A DNA stretch of 64,000 nt from an uncultured bacterium (GTDB lineage Bacteria > Oederibacteriota > JAAXVQ01 > JAUVAV01), in NCBI GenBank assembly GCA_965371665.1, contig CBDUZI010000002.1:4013-68012 (forward strand), in the 5' to 3' direction. Made by a program: the position numbers and the translations under genes. The number at the start of each line of letters is the position of its first letter. Within the stretch, counting starts at the first letter, position 1. Shown here one piece after another: positions 10,792 through 20,928 of this stretch. Below the pieces are notes generated by a model that saw only the letters and a list, made by a program, of their open reading frames with translations, was not told the DNA's origin and did no database searches.

Positions 10792-10940
10792 GCCCTTTTT
10801 TAAGCCATCCAGCGCCGGAGGTTTCTCTAAGATGATACCAAATTACGGGAAACAGCATAATGATTTCTTATTTAGGAGTTGGGGTATTGACAACAAAGTA
10901 ATTTTAATCAATACTTTAAAGTAAGCATTAATTAAATGGA

Positions 10941-11126
10941 GTGAAAAAAATGATAAAGGTGAATGTAGTAAAAAGTATTTGTACAGGAGCATCTACGCTA
11001 TCAATATATCCTATTCACATAGTTAAGCGAGAAGAAATTAAATTAAATATGCCAAGTATTGAAAAAAGCTGGAAGCTAGTTGGAAAACATCTTAATCAAG
11101 CCATTACAACTCATAAACGCGATTAA
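10941..11126 (+). CDS. small hypothetical protein (61 aa) in AT-rich islet
   Basis: GGAGTG RBS 7 nt upstream of ATG. Convergent with the HTH-HEPN gene. No recognisable domain. Confidence 0.25.
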   Translation: MKKMIKVNVVKSICTGASTLSIYPIHIVKREEIKLNMPSIEKSWKLVGKHLNQAITTHKRD

Positions 11127-11182
11127 TGACTGAACCTCAAAAAAACAAACTGGGCTGTCCCCGATCACTATTTGTCATTTAA

Positions 11183-12061
11183 TTAAAATGCGCTTAATTT
11201 CTCAAGTTCTTCAAGCCCACATTCTGAAGAATATTTATCAAATGCGATAGCTTTTTTCAAGGCGTGTTTTAAGTCTTGGACATCCCCCTTCATTGATAGG
11301 CTAATTTCCCCTAACTCGTCACCGAAACAAGCTTTGTACATTATATTACACGCTTTCTCAATATCATCCAGAAACAACCTCTCCGCGTCCTTTTCAAACT
11401 GTCCCAACTCTTCCCCTGCCGAAAAGATTTCCTTATCATGGTGGGCTATTATTTTATTTCTTGCCAAAACCACTTTCTCTCTAAATTTCGATATCCCAGC
11501 ATTTAAATCCCCTAATTTTTTTTTATCTTCTTTCGACCAGATTATATTTAAAATAAGATTTTCAAATGTCATATTTTCTTTTCCCGCGCTCCCTGCAGGA
11601 TCTGTCATTGCGCAGAATTTTAATATAAGATACTCATGAATAATATGTCTAAGATCGTGGAAAAAATTAATGGCGACTTCTCTCATTAACTTCTCTGGAT
11701 TTTTATTTTCGTACAATTCTATAAATATATAGTGAACAGACTTAACCCAAATAAAATCATCCAGAAATCGCTTGACCATTTCTTTAGCTTTTTTGTCAGA
11801 AAAGATTGTTTTCGTAACATTGGGTATTTTATTTTGAAGCCTGTTGAGCGCGCCCTCCCGTGCATTTTTTTGCCATTGGCGCAGTGTTTTTGCCGTGACT
11901 CCCAGTTCGCGGGAGAGATTTTCCAGGCTATCGCCGCAGTTCAACCGCTGCACAGCTTTGAACTTTTGCCGAGCACTAAATTTCTCGTCGTCTGATTGCC
12001 CATCTTGAGGCTTAGCCAGTTCTGCCGGACTGTTTGTACGGCAATTCGCTTTCTTGCTCAT
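11183..12061 (-). CDS. HTH (IS3 OrfA-like HTH_Tnp_1) fused to C-terminal HEPN/Abi-like domain protein
   Basis: N-term FSARQKFKAVQRLNCGDSLENLSRELGVTAKTLRQWQKN resembles the IS911 OrfA HTH. C-term carries an Rx4-6H-type motif, LARNKIIAHHD. The gene sits in a low-GC islet (about 10.9-12.6 kb). Confidence 0.55.
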   Translation of the reverse strand: MSKKANCRTNSPAELAKPQDGQSDDEKFSARQKFKAVQRLNCGDSLENLSRELGVTAKTLRQWQKNAREGALNRLQNKIPNVTKTIFSDKKAKEMVKRFLDDFIWVKSVHYIFIELYENKNPEKLMREVAINFFHDLRHIIHEYLILKFCAMTDPAGSAGKENMTFENLILNIIWSKEDKKKLGDLNAGISKFREKVVLARNKIIAHHDKEIFSAGEELGQFEKDAERLFLDDIEKACNIMYKACFGDELGEISLSMKGDVQDLKHALKKAIAFDKYSSECGLEELEKLSAF

Positions 12062-12551
12062 CGGAAACCTCCTGGTTTATGTGGGTATTATACCCCTTCT
12101 GGAGTGCCCAGAGTAATTGTATCCCGCTGGAGGATCAGAATCCCGTCTTATTTTTTTGTTTAATGTTAATGTTTTAAGGGTCAGTTTCTTACAAAATACA
12201 GCTTCCGAGAATCCATGTCCTTAAAAAATAATCGTTTCACCATAATTTAGTATTTCCGATCTGTAAAAAGAGTATTTTTTTCCTTACTCAATAAAACTAA
12301 AATAATAATAACTTATTATTTTAGCGGACCCAACTTATTTAAGTAGTTTTAATATTCATGCTTTATTACTTGTCTGATATACGTCAAAAGATAAACATAG
12401 TGAGACCAGGACAAAGAGAAATATTTATTGCTCGCGGCAGGGTCAAATTTCGACGACAGTGTCGACGAAAAAAGAAGAGAAATATTCGTAACATTTTGAC
12501 ATGCGAGCACTGCTGAGCTAAGAAGCAAATTCCTACCTGGCATCCCGGCTT

Positions 12552-12628
12552 GACTTTCATTTCCAAAAGGCGGAAAATACATAAACCCTGTTAAGGGAAG
12601 CAAACCATAATCAAAGGAGATACCCGCC
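12552..12628 (+). promoter_or_regulatory. pncA promoter/leader: -35 TTGACT, small hairpin CCCTGTTAAGGG, RBS AAAGGAG
   Basis: Read from sequence. A second copy lies at 10128-10200. Confidence 0.5.
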
Positions 12629-13210
12629 ATGCCGCTCACGATTACTTCCTCAGATGCTTTGATTGTCGTAGATATGCAGAATGATTTTATGCCGGGCGGC
12701 ACGCTCGCGGTTTCCGGAGGGGATGAGGTTATCCCCCTGATTAATCGTCTGCTGGCCGTTTTTCCCACCCGGGTCTTTACGCGGGATTGGCACCCCTTAG
12801 ACCATACCAGCTTTGCGGTTTCCCCGGCTTTTAAGGATGGTTCCTGGCCGGCTCATTGCGTGCAGGAAACCCGGGGCGCGGAATTCCATCCGGACCTGGA
12901 AAGCGGTTCCGCCGATAAAATCGTCAGCAAGGCAGACAGGCCGGATAAGGAGGCCTACTCCGGATTTGTGGATACGGATTTGGCCCCGTGGCTTAAGCAG
13001 CGTAATATTCAGCGGGTTTTCGTTACCGGAGTGGCTATGGAGTACTGCGTGAAAGCTACTGCCCTGGATGCGCTGCGCGCCGGATTCGAGGTCTGGCTGA
13101 TTCAGGACGCGGTGCGCGGCGTGAATCAGCCTCCTGGCAGCGGAGAAAAAACCGTGCAGGCTATGCAGGCGGCCGGTGTAAACCTCACCTCCAGCCGGGA
13201 ACTGATTTAA
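12629..13210 (+). CDS. pncA: nicotinamidase (isochorismatase family)
   Basis: 193 aa. ALIVVDMQNDFMPGGTLAV is an isochorismatase-family signature. Co-oriented with pncB and separated from it by 2 nt. Confidence 0.85.
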   Translation: MPLTITSSDALIVVDMQNDFMPGGTLAVSGGDEVIPLINRLLAVFPTRVFTRDWHPLDHTSFAVSPAFKDGSWPAHCVQETRGAEFHPDLESGSADKIVSKADRPDKEAYSGFVDTDLAPWLKQRNIQRVFVTGVAMEYCVKATALDALRAGFEVWLIQDAVRGVNQPPGSGEKTVQAMQAAGVNLTSSRELI

Positions 13211-13212
13211 TC

Positions 13213-14664
13213 ATGCCTGCTTCTTCCACTTCGCAACATTGGCTGCACCGGCAAGACATGGCCTTGATGACGGATTTCTACCAGTTGACCATGCTGGCCG
13301 GTTATTTAAAACACGGTTTAGCCGAACACCGGGTATCTTTTGAATATTTCTTCCGCACCTTGCCTCCGCATACTGGTTTTGTACTGACCGCCGGACTGGA
13401 ACAATTTATGGATTACCTGGAAAATTTCCGTTTTTCACCCCCGGATCTGGAATACCTGGAAAGTCTCCGGATCTTTGACCAGGCCACTCTGGACTATCTG
13501 GCCAAGTTCCGGCCCGCGGTGGAAATCATGGCCTTGCCCGAGGGAACGCCGGTTTTTCCCCATGAACCCATTATCCGGGTTACCGGCCCGCTGGGGCACG
13601 CGCAATTAGTGGAAACCTTTCTGCTCAACGCTTTAAATTACCAATCCCTCATTGCGACCAAGACCGCCCGCATATGCCAGGCCGCCCAGGGCGACCCCGT
13701 ACTCGAATTCGGACTGCGCCGGGCCCAGGGACCGGATGGCGGGCTGACCGGCAGCCGGGCGGCTTATATCGGCGGAGCCGTGGCTACCAGTAATGTCCTG
13801 GCCGGACGGCTCTTCAATATTCCGGTCCGGGGCACGCATGCCCATTCCTGGGTCATGAGCTTCCCTAATGAAAAGGAGTCTTTTGAAGCCTTTGCCGATA
13901 CTTTCCCCCGCGGATGCGCTCTGCTGGTGGATACTTACGACACGCTGCGCAGCGGAGTGCCAAATGCCATAGAAGTATTCAAAGCCCGGCCGCATATTCC
14001 ACCGGCCATCCGGATTGACTCCGGAGACCTGGCAAAACTCTCCAAAGCCGCGCATAGTAAATTCTTAGAAGCCGGAATGCCGCAAGTGGCCATTATCGGG
14101 ACCAATGATCTGGATGAAGATTTGATTGCGGATCTAAAGCGCCAGGGCGCTAAAATCAACATGTGGGCTGTGGGCACTCATTTGATAACTTCCAAGGATC
14201 ATCCGGCCCTGGATGGCGTGTATAAACTAGTGGCCATTGAAAGAAACGGTTCCTGGAGTCCCCGCATCAAGCTGACCGGAAATCCCGAAAAAACCACGGA
14301 TCCGGGGCTGAAACGTCCCCTACGCTGCTATAATGAAAAGCATCAACCTTTGGGGGATGTTATGATTTTCGAGGAAGAACCCCTGCCGCAAGGGCCTGAG
14401 CTTTTGGCCGCGGACCGCCGGTACTTACATCAGAAGCGCACTATTACCGGAGTGGCTTACGTGGAGGATTTGCTGCAGCCTGTGATCCGGCCGGGAGAAA
14501 ATACTGCCTCCCGCCCCGCGCTATCGGATATCCGCAATTACGCCCGGCAAAAGCTGGCGGAATTCCCTGAAGAATACCTGCGCCTGCGAAATCCTGAAAT
14601 TTATTGGCTGGGACTCTCTCCGGAACTGGCGCGGATCAAGGAAAAGATGCTCTCCGGCCCCTAA
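13213..14664 (+). CDS. pncB: nicotinate phosphoribosyltransferase
   Basis: 483 aa. YQLTMLAGYLKHGLAEHRVSFEYFFRTLPPHTGFVLTAGLEQ is a NAPRTase family N-terminus. Confidence 0.9.
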   Translation: MPASSTSQHWLHRQDMALMTDFYQLTMLAGYLKHGLAEHRVSFEYFFRTLPPHTGFVLTAGLEQFMDYLENFRFSPPDLEYLESLRIFDQATLDYLAKFRPAVEIMALPEGTPVFPHEPIIRVTGPLGHAQLVETFLLNALNYQSLIATKTARICQAAQGDPVLEFGLRRAQGPDGGLTGSRAAYIGGAVATSNVLAGRLFNIPVRGTHAHSWVMSFPNEKESFEAFADTFPRGCALLVDTYDTLRSGVPNAIEVFKARPHIPPAIRIDSGDLAKLSKAAHSKFLEAGMPQVAIIGTNDLDEDLIADLKRQGAKINMWAVGTHLITSKDHPALDGVYKLVAIERNGSWSPRIKLTGNPEKTTDPGLKRPLRCYNEKHQPLGDVMIFEEEPLPQGPELLAADRRYLHQKRTITGVAYVEDLLQPVIRPGENTASRPALSDIRNYARQKLAEFPEEYLRLRNPEIYWLGLSPELARIKEKMLSGP

Positions 14665-14691
14665 GGGGACGCCGTACGGCAGCGGTCTTGC

Positions 14692-14720
14692 GTAGGGAAC
14701 GGTTTAAAACCGTTCCCTAC
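14692..14720. repeat. REP palindrome GTAGGGAACGGTTTAAAACCGTTCCCTAC
   Basis: Perfect 14-bp arms. A second copy lies at 15072-15100. The two flank the RAYT remnant. Confidence 0.85.
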
Positions 14721-14803
14721 AACATCGGCATTGAACCCCCGTCGACGCTCCGCCTCAGCGCGGACTATATATGTCCATCCAATATCCCGGGCGTATTTCC
14801 GCT

Positions 14804-15160
14804 TCATTCCGGCACAAAACGCGTATCAGGAAACGCTCGCGGATGTTCAATTTTAGTATCCGGATTTTCCTGATCCGTCTCCCAATTAACCGGGTTGTTA
14901 TTGATATATTCCCTAATCCGATTTAATTCACTATCATTACGGATTATGCGGTCGTGATAGGACTTCTGCCATTGAAACCGATTCACCGGATTGGATTGAT
15001 TGATATGCCGGGATGAAAATGTTTTAAATCCCCGGATTATTTCCGGCAATCCATGATATATATCCGCCGTTGTAGGGAACGGTTTAAAACCGTTCCCTAC
15101 AAAACCATCAATCCCACTAACAATATGCATTATTCCATGCACATGATTTGGCATAACCAC
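14804..15160 (-). mobile_element. REP-associated tyrosine transposase (RAYT/TnpA-REP, IS200/IS605-like HuH), N-terminally truncated remnant
   Basis: HuH motif MPNHVHGIMHI and catalytic-Tyr region WQKSYHDRIIRN. The N-terminal roughly 60 aa are missing, with an in-frame stop 15 nt upstream. A REP copy (15072-15100) lies inside the ORF (FVGNGFKPFPTT). Confidence 0.75.
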
Positions 15161-15169
15161 AAATTCATC

Positions 15170-15514
15170 TTAATGATTTTTCCGTACTGCATAGGTAAAA
15201 TGGGAAAAGTATTGCTTCCAGGAATCTGCCGTTGATTTGAACTGCCCCGCTTCTAAATAAAAATCCACCAGAGCTTCTCTTACCCGGGCCAGCTCTTTTA
15301 AATGAAAAGTGCTTTTAAAATTATCGATTGATAAATCCAATAACTCCAGCGCCCGGTCAAATGACTTTTGACAATAAACCTCATTTTTCTTCATTCGCCA
15401 ATTTATAAAGCGTTCAACTTCACTCCCGATATTCGCCATTTGTTCAATCAAGCTTAACTGCTGCCACCTTCCGGCTGCAAGCTCTTTATGCTGGCAATTC
15501 ATCCTTTCACACAC
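15170..15514 (-). CDS. hypothetical protein (114 aa)
   Basis: Overlaps the upstream ORF by 16 nt, so likely a co-translated pair. No domain recognised. Confidence 0.4.
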   Translation of the reverse strand: MCERMNCQHKELAAGRWQQLSLIEQMANIGSEVERFINWRMKKNEVYCQKSFDRALELLDLSIDNFKSTFHLKELARVREALVDFYLEAGQFKSTADSWKQYFSHFTYAVRKNH

Positions 15515-15840
15515 TCATCAACCACCGCCATGATTTCTTTCTGGATTTTTACATCCTCTACTCCGCGGCTCCGATTGCCCTGGGAAGGTTTCAGGTTGAT
15601 CATGGCATCAAACTCCACGAAATCATCCCCGGAAATTTCAGGATACAAATTGATTCCCCAGAGATTTTTTTGATTCGAACCATCTTCTAAAAGCAATGCT
15701 TCCAAATCAGAATGAAGTTCAGCATCTATTGCCATTACTTCCCGATCAATATCAACCACGGCTTTTACCATATTGCCGAACAGGGCCTGGGCTGCCTGGT
15801 TGAGTTCCTCTCGGGTTAAAGCATCTTTTATTATTTTCAT
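15499..15840 (-). CDS. hypothetical protein (113 aa)
   Basis: Acidic small protein (…LWGINLYPEISGDDFVEFDAMINLKP…). First gene of a two-gene overlapping pair. Confidence 0.4.
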   Translation of the reverse strand: MKIIKDALTREELNQAAQALFGNMVKAVVDIDREVMAIDAELHSDLEALLLEDGSNQKNLWGINLYPEISGDDFVEFDAMINLKPSQGNRSRGVEDVKIQKEIMAVVDECVKG

Positions 15841-15926
15841 TCAACTAATCCTTTCGCCCAAAATATTATTCCGCTGCGTCTTGGGCGGCAGTTTCTTTTC
15901 AGTTCATAGTCACAACAGGTCGCGGA

Positions 15927-16967
15927 TTACACCAGGCGGACGCCCTTAGGCCCTTTAACAATCTCTCCCACCGGATATGCCGTTTCCCGCAGAGTCTTTA
16001 CTACTTGTACGGCTTGATCCGCCTCTGAGCGGGAAATTACTATCACCATGCCAATACCCATATTAAAAGTCCGGTACATGGTAACTTCATCCAGCTGTCC
16101 GACATCTTGCAAATATTTAAAAATCGGAAGTATGGGCCAGCTGCCTTTCTCAACGAGCGCCTGGCAATCAGACGGAAGAATCCGCGGGATATTTTCCAAC
16201 CAGCCGCCGCCGGTGAGATGGGCCAGTCCTTTTATCCGAATTTTCTTCAACAGGGATTGAACAACTTTCAGATAGGAACGATGCACTTTCAGGAGCTCCT
16301 CTCCCAGACCCAGGGAAAGCTCCGGGATAACGGTCTTCAGGTTATATCCCGTTTTTCGGAATAAAATCCGGCGGACCAGAGAATATCCATTAGTATGCAG
16401 GCCGTTGGAAGGCAGGCCCAGCAGCACGTCTCCGGGCCGTATGCGCTGGCCGTCAATCACTGATTTCTTCTCCACGATACCAACTATAGTGCCGGCCAGA
16501 TCGAAATCTTCGGCGCGGTAAACTCCGGGCATCTCGGCGGTTTCTCCGCCTAAGAGCGCGCACTGATTTTCCCGGCAGGCCTTGGCTAATCCCCTGACGA
16601 TTTGCTCGGCTACCAGGGGATCTAATTTACCCGTGGCATAGTAGTCCATGAAAAAAAGCGGGCACGCTCCCTGTGCCAGAATATCATTCACGCTATGATT
16701 TACCAGGTCTTGCCCAACCGTATCATAGCGGTTCATCCCGGCGGCCACCACGACCTTGGTCCCGACTCCATCCGTAGAACTTACCAGCACCGGCTGACTA
16801 TAGCCCGTGGGAATCAGGAAAAGACCTCCAAAAGCCCCCAGGTCTCCCAGTACTCCCTTAGTCCGCGCGGTACGAACATGGTTCCGCATCCGGCGCACGG
16901 CTTCCTGACCGGCCTTAATGTCCACTCCGGCCGCGGCATAAGCGTCCTGAGAGATGTTTTTATTCAC
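15927..16967 (-). CDS. purM: phosphoribosylformylglycinamidine cyclo-ligase (AIR synthetase)
   Basis: 346 aa. AYAAAGVDIKAGQEAVRRM and the PurM N/C domains. Confidence 0.95.
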   Translation of the reverse strand: MNKNISQDAYAAAGVDIKAGQEAVRRMRNHVRTARTKGVLGDLGAFGGLFLIPTGYSQPVLVSSTDGVGTKVVVAAGMNRYDTVGQDLVNHSVNDILAQGACPLFFMDYYATGKLDPLVAEQIVRGLAKACRENQCALLGGETAEMPGVYRAEDFDLAGTIVGIVEKKSVIDGQRIRPGDVLLGLPSNGLHTNGYSLVRRILFRKTGYNLKTVIPELSLGLGEELLKVHRSYLKVVQSLLKKIRIKGLAHLTGGGWLENIPRILPSDCQALVEKGSWPILPIFKYLQDVGQLDEVTMYRTFNMGIGMVIVISRSEADQAVQVVKTLRETAYPVGEIVKGPKGVRLV

Positions 16968-16988
16968 TTCCAGCCCTCCCCCTGTTTT

Positions 16989-18425
16989 TTATAATTGGCT
17001 GATCCGTTTCCGGCTAACCTGCTTCTCTTTTACATTCCGCCCGCTAATCTCCTGCCGGTTTTTAAAATCCACGGGATAATCTCCGTTGAAACAAGCCTGG
17101 CAGAAATTCCGTTCGTGGTTCGGCACGGCCTTGAGCATACCCTCACGAGAAAGGTAGGCCAGGCTGTCCACTTGCAGAAATTTGACAATTTGCTCGTGAT
17201 CGTTATTAGCGGCAATTAACTCCCGGCTCGTGGGAAAATCCATTCCGTAGAAGCAGGGATACTTTACCGGCGGCGAGCTTAAGCGCATATGAATTTCCCT
17301 GGCCCCGGCCTGCCGGATCATGCTGACAATTTTTCGCGAAGTAGTGCCCCGGACCAGAGAGTCATCCACTACTATGACGCGTTTTCCCTTTACCGCTTCC
17401 CGGACACAATTGAATTTCAGCTTCACCCCGAAATCCCGAATGGATTGGGAAGGCTCAATAAATGTTCGGCCGACATAGTGGTTGCGAATCAGGGCCATGG
17501 CAAAAGGCAGCCGGGACTCCTCGGCAAAACCAATTGCCGCGCATACTCCGGAATCCGGAACCGGAACCACGATATCCGCGGCATGCTTATTTTCCCGAGC
17601 CAGCATAATACCCAGCCGGCGCCGGGCTTCCCAGCAGGAATGGCCGAAAATCCAGGAATCCGGGCGGGAAAAGTAAATGTTTTCAAAAATACACAGTGCC
17701 TCTTTGGCATTTTTTTCCGCAAAGCGCCGGGACCGCATCCCCTGCCGGTCGATTATCACAATCTCCCCGGGTTCTATGTCCCGGATATACTCGGCGCCGA
17801 TAAGATCAAAAGCACAGGTTTCGGAAGCGGCTACATAGGCGTCCTGAAGCTTGCCCAGGGCCAGCGGACGAAAACCCTGGGGATCGCGGACCGCAATCAG
17901 GGACTCGTCGTTCAATAGCACCATGGAATAGGCGCCTTTTAATTTTTTAAAACTGGCCGTCAGGGCGTCGAGAAAATCCTCTCCCGTACTCCGGGCGATT
18001 AAATGGATGAGAACCTCGGTGTCCGCCGTGGTCTGAAATATTGAACCGCACTCCTCCAGTTCGTGATGAATTTCATCAGCATTCACCAGGTTGCCATTAT
18101 GCGCCACGGCCAGGTTTCCGCGGATATACTCCACCATAATCGGCTGGGAATTTTTCTCCACTGAAGGCCCGGTAGTGGAATACCGGACATGGCCGACAGC
18201 CGAGGCGCCGGACATAGCGGAAAGATTATCAGAATTAAAAATATCCGCCACCAGGCCGGTACCCCTGATCGCATTAAAATCGCGGCCGTTTGCGACTACA
18301 ATTCCGGCGCCTTCCTGACCGCGATGCTGCATGGCATAAAGCATTAAATAAACCAGCTTGGAAGACTCGTCCGCGCCGTACACTCCGGCTACACCGCAGG
18401 CCTCCCGGGGTTTATCCTTAAACAT
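16989..18425 (-). CDS. purF: amidophosphoribosyltransferase
   Basis: The ORF extends to 18506 (GTG). The conserved catalytic Cys lies after a short propeptide ([17 protein letters not shown]), so the start at M28 (18425) avoids overlap with purL. The PRTase domain is present. Confidence 0.9.
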   Translation of the reverse strand: MFKDKPREACGVAGVYGADESSKLVYLMLYAMQHRGQEGAGIVVANGRDFNAIRGTGLVADIFNSDNLSAMSGASAVGHVRYSTTGPSVEKNSQPIMVEYIRGNLAVAHNGNLVNADEIHHELEECGSIFQTTADTEVLIHLIARSTGEDFLDALTASFKKLKGAYSMVLLNDESLIAVRDPQGFRPLALGKLQDAYVAASETCAFDLIGAEYIRDIEPGEIVIIDRQGMRSRRFAEKNAKEALCIFENIYFSRPDSWIFGHSCWEARRRLGIMLARENKHAADIVVPVPDSGVCAAIGFAEESRLPFAMALIRNHYVGRTFIEPSQSIRDFGVKLKFNCVREAVKGKRVIVVDDSLVRGTTSRKIVSMIRQAGAREIHMRLSSPPVKYPCFYGMDFPTSRELIAANNDHEQIVKFLQVDSLAYLSREGMLKAVPNHERNFCQACFNGDYPVDFKNRQEISGRNVKEKQVSRKRISQL

Positions 18426-20724
18426 AAGTTTGTAATCCACTCTTCCAGGCTGAATACAGCTCCGTGATTTTTTGTTCCAGCAGGGGCCGGCTATGATAAT
18501 AGACACGCAGGAATTTCCCGCCGACCCGGCCCACTTCTGTCAGGTCCACTTCCCGGGTCCGGCATAAATCAACCAAGCGCAGAAAATCCGGAGGCGAAAC
18601 ACTAGCCAGCACCCGGGACTGGCTCTCTGAAAAAAGCAGGCTGGTATCTGAAAGTCCGGTGTCCAAATTCAATTCCGCTCCGATTAAGCCCTGGCCGGCG
18701 GTCCGGCCAAGGAAAGCACATTCCGCCGCGGCTACAGCCAGCCCCCCATCCGAGCAGTCCTGCGCCGACCTTAAAAGACCTAACCCCACGGCCTGGACCA
18801 TGACTTTTTGCAGCGCGGCTTCATGTTTAAGATTCAAGACCGGGGGTTTTCCCGCTTTGATTCCATGCAATTCATAGAGCCAGGATGACCCGCCTAATTC
18901 ATCATGGGTTTTGCCCAGCAAGACAATAACATCCCCTGAGGATTTAAACCACGGGGTAACCATCAGAGCCTGATCTTCCAGCAAGCCTACCACTCCCACA
19001 ATCGGGGTGGGATCCACGGCGCCGGCCGGACTTTCATTATAAAAACTGACGTTACCTCCGGTCACGGGAATGCTCAAGGCTTGGCAGGCTTCGGCTATTC
19101 CCTTTACCGCCTGCTTGAATTGCCAGAATATCTCGGGATCCATGGGATTGCCAAAATTCAGGCAGTCGGTCACGCCGATAGGCAGCGCCCCGGTGATAGC
19201 CACATTGCGGGCAGCTTCTGCCACGGCAATACGCCCGCCCATACGAGGATCAAGATAAGTATAGCGGCTGTTCCCGTCCATAGCCACGGCCACGGCTTTT
19301 TTAGTATGCTTGACCCGCAAAACCGCGGCGCCCGCGCCCGGCAGAATCAGGGTATTGGTCCGGACCATATGGTCATATTGCTGCCAGATATATCGTTTGG
19401 AACATAGATTCTGAGACCCTAGTAATTGTAAGAGCGCTTTTTCCGGATCAGGTCCACGGCTTTGAACCTCGGCGGGGAATGCTTTTACCTGGTCAAGATA
19501 AGCCGGACGCCGCGCCGGCCGGTGGTAAGTGGGATATCCCGGGAACTTGGTATCTGCCAAAGCGCCGGCCGGCATCTCGGCCACTATTTTCCCATGGTGT
19601 CTCACCCTTACCCGGCGGTCATTAGTAACGCGTCCGATATCCGCGGCATGGAGATGCCATTTCTTTAATATGCGCTTTACCGCCTGCTCATGCCCTTGCT
19701 TGGAGATCAACAGCATGCGTTCCTGGGACTCGGACAGCATGATTTCATAGGGCGTCATCCCGGATTCCCTCTGAGGTACGCGAGTTAGCTCAATATCAAT
19801 ACCAGTATGTCCCCGGGCCGCCATCTCGCTGGTCGAGCAGCTTAATCCGGCCGCCCCCATGTCCTGGATACCCACCAAGTGCCCGCCCCGGATCAATTCC
19901 AGGGTAGCTTCCAATAGCAGTTTTTCCATAAAAGGATCAGCTACCTGGACCGCGCTTCGCCGTTCCTGCGCTTTCTCAGATAACTCCTCGGACGCAAAAG
20001 TGGCTCCGTGAATACCATCCCTCCCGGTAGTAGCGCCGATATAAATAACCCGGTTGCCAACCCCGCGCGCCCGGCCCAGGGCCAGATGCTTATGCCGCAT
20101 GAATCCCACGGCCATAACGTTTACCAGGCAATTATCCAGGTAAGTATCATCAAACATCACTTCCCCGCCAATGGTCGGCACACCGATGCAATTGCCATAA
20201 CCGGCTATCCCGGCCACTACCCCGGTAAAATGACGGCGGGCCCGGACGTGATTGAGTTTTCCAAACCGCAGGGAATCAAGACAGGCCACGGGACGGGCTC
20301 CCATGGTAAAAATATCCCGCAGAATTCCGCCCACGCCGGTAGCCGCACCCTGGTACGGCTCAATAGCACTGGGATGATTATGCGATTCCACCTTGAAACA
20401 TACGGCCCGGCCTCCGCCGATATCCATTACTCCCGCATTCTCGCCCGGTCCTTGAATAACGCGGGGTCCCTGCGTGGGTAATTGTTGAAGTATGGGCCGG
20501 GAATTTTTATAAGAACAATGTTCCGACCACATCACGGAAAAAATGCCCAACTCGGTGTAGGTAGGTATGCGCCCGAGGATTTTCTTAATCGTGGCATACT
20601 CCCGTGGTGTTAAACCGTGCTCTTTTACCAACTTAAGCGTAATCTCCGGATCTTTCGGATCAGCTATTGGTAAAATCTTACCGCGCGTAAGCGATGCCTT
20701 TTTTATCGGGCTTTTCTTTTTCAA
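18418..20724 (-). CDS. purL: phosphoribosylformylglycinamidine synthase II (FGAM synthase large subunit)
   Basis: 768 aa. [18 protein letters not shown] and duplicated AIRS domains. Confidence 0.95.
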   Translation of the reverse strand: MKKKSPIKKASLTRGKILPIADPKDPEITLKLVKEHGLTPREYATIKKILGRIPTYTELGIFSVMWSEHCSYKNSRPILQQLPTQGPRVIQGPGENAGVMDIGGGRAVCFKVESHNHPSAIEPYQGAATGVGGILRDIFTMGARPVACLDSLRFGKLNHVRARRHFTGVVAGIAGYGNCIGVPTIGGEVMFDDTYLDNCLVNVMAVGFMRHKHLALGRARGVGNRVIYIGATTGRDGIHGATFASEELSEKAQERRSAVQVADPFMEKLLLEATLELIRGGHLVGIQDMGAAGLSCSTSEMAARGHTGIDIELTRVPQRESGMTPYEIMLSESQERMLLISKQGHEQAVKRILKKWHLHAADIGRVTNDRRVRVRHHGKIVAEMPAGALADTKFPGYPTYHRPARRPAYLDQVKAFPAEVQSRGPDPEKALLQLLGSQNLCSKRYIWQQYDHMVRTNTLILPGAGAAVLRVKHTKKAVAVAMDGNSRYTYLDPRMGGRIAVAEAARNVAITGALPIGVTDCLNFGNPMDPEIFWQFKQAVKGIAEACQALSIPVTGGNVSFYNESPAGAVDPTPIVGVVGLLEDQALMVTPWFKSSGDVIVLLGKTHDELGGSSWLYELHGIKAGKPPVLNLKHEAALQKVMVQAVGLGLLRSAQDCSDGGLAVAAAECAFLGRTAGQGLIGAELNLDTGLSDTSLLFSESQSRVLASVSPPDFLRLVDLCRTREVDLTEVGRVGGKFLRVYYHSRPLLEQKITELYSAWKSGLQTYV

Positions 20725-20789
20725 GTCTTATACTCTCCTGTTTTTATTGCTATTTCGTCCTGTTGCGAAAGCGTGTTTTTTTTAAGTTT

Positions 20790-20925
20790 GTCATTCCGAA
20801 CGTAGTGAGAAATCTCCACGGAAACGCCTGAACTATCAGGTCTCCGGGAGATTCTTCGCCTTCGGCTCAGAATGACAAAACGCGGGGAGTCCGCTAAAAA
20901 AATCTTTCTGCAAAAGATACTATTC
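20790..20925. repeat. MITE family A copy
   Basis: gtcattccgaacgtagtgagaaatctcc...ggagattcttcgccttcggctcagaatgac. Confidence 0.8.
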
Positions 20926-20928
20926 CGG

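Noticed and set aside
12349-12768. 139-aa minus-strand ORF
   Set aside because: It lies in AT-rich non-coding DNA and overlaps the pncA promoter/leader and pncA start on the opposite strand. Low-complexity translation. Judged spurious.
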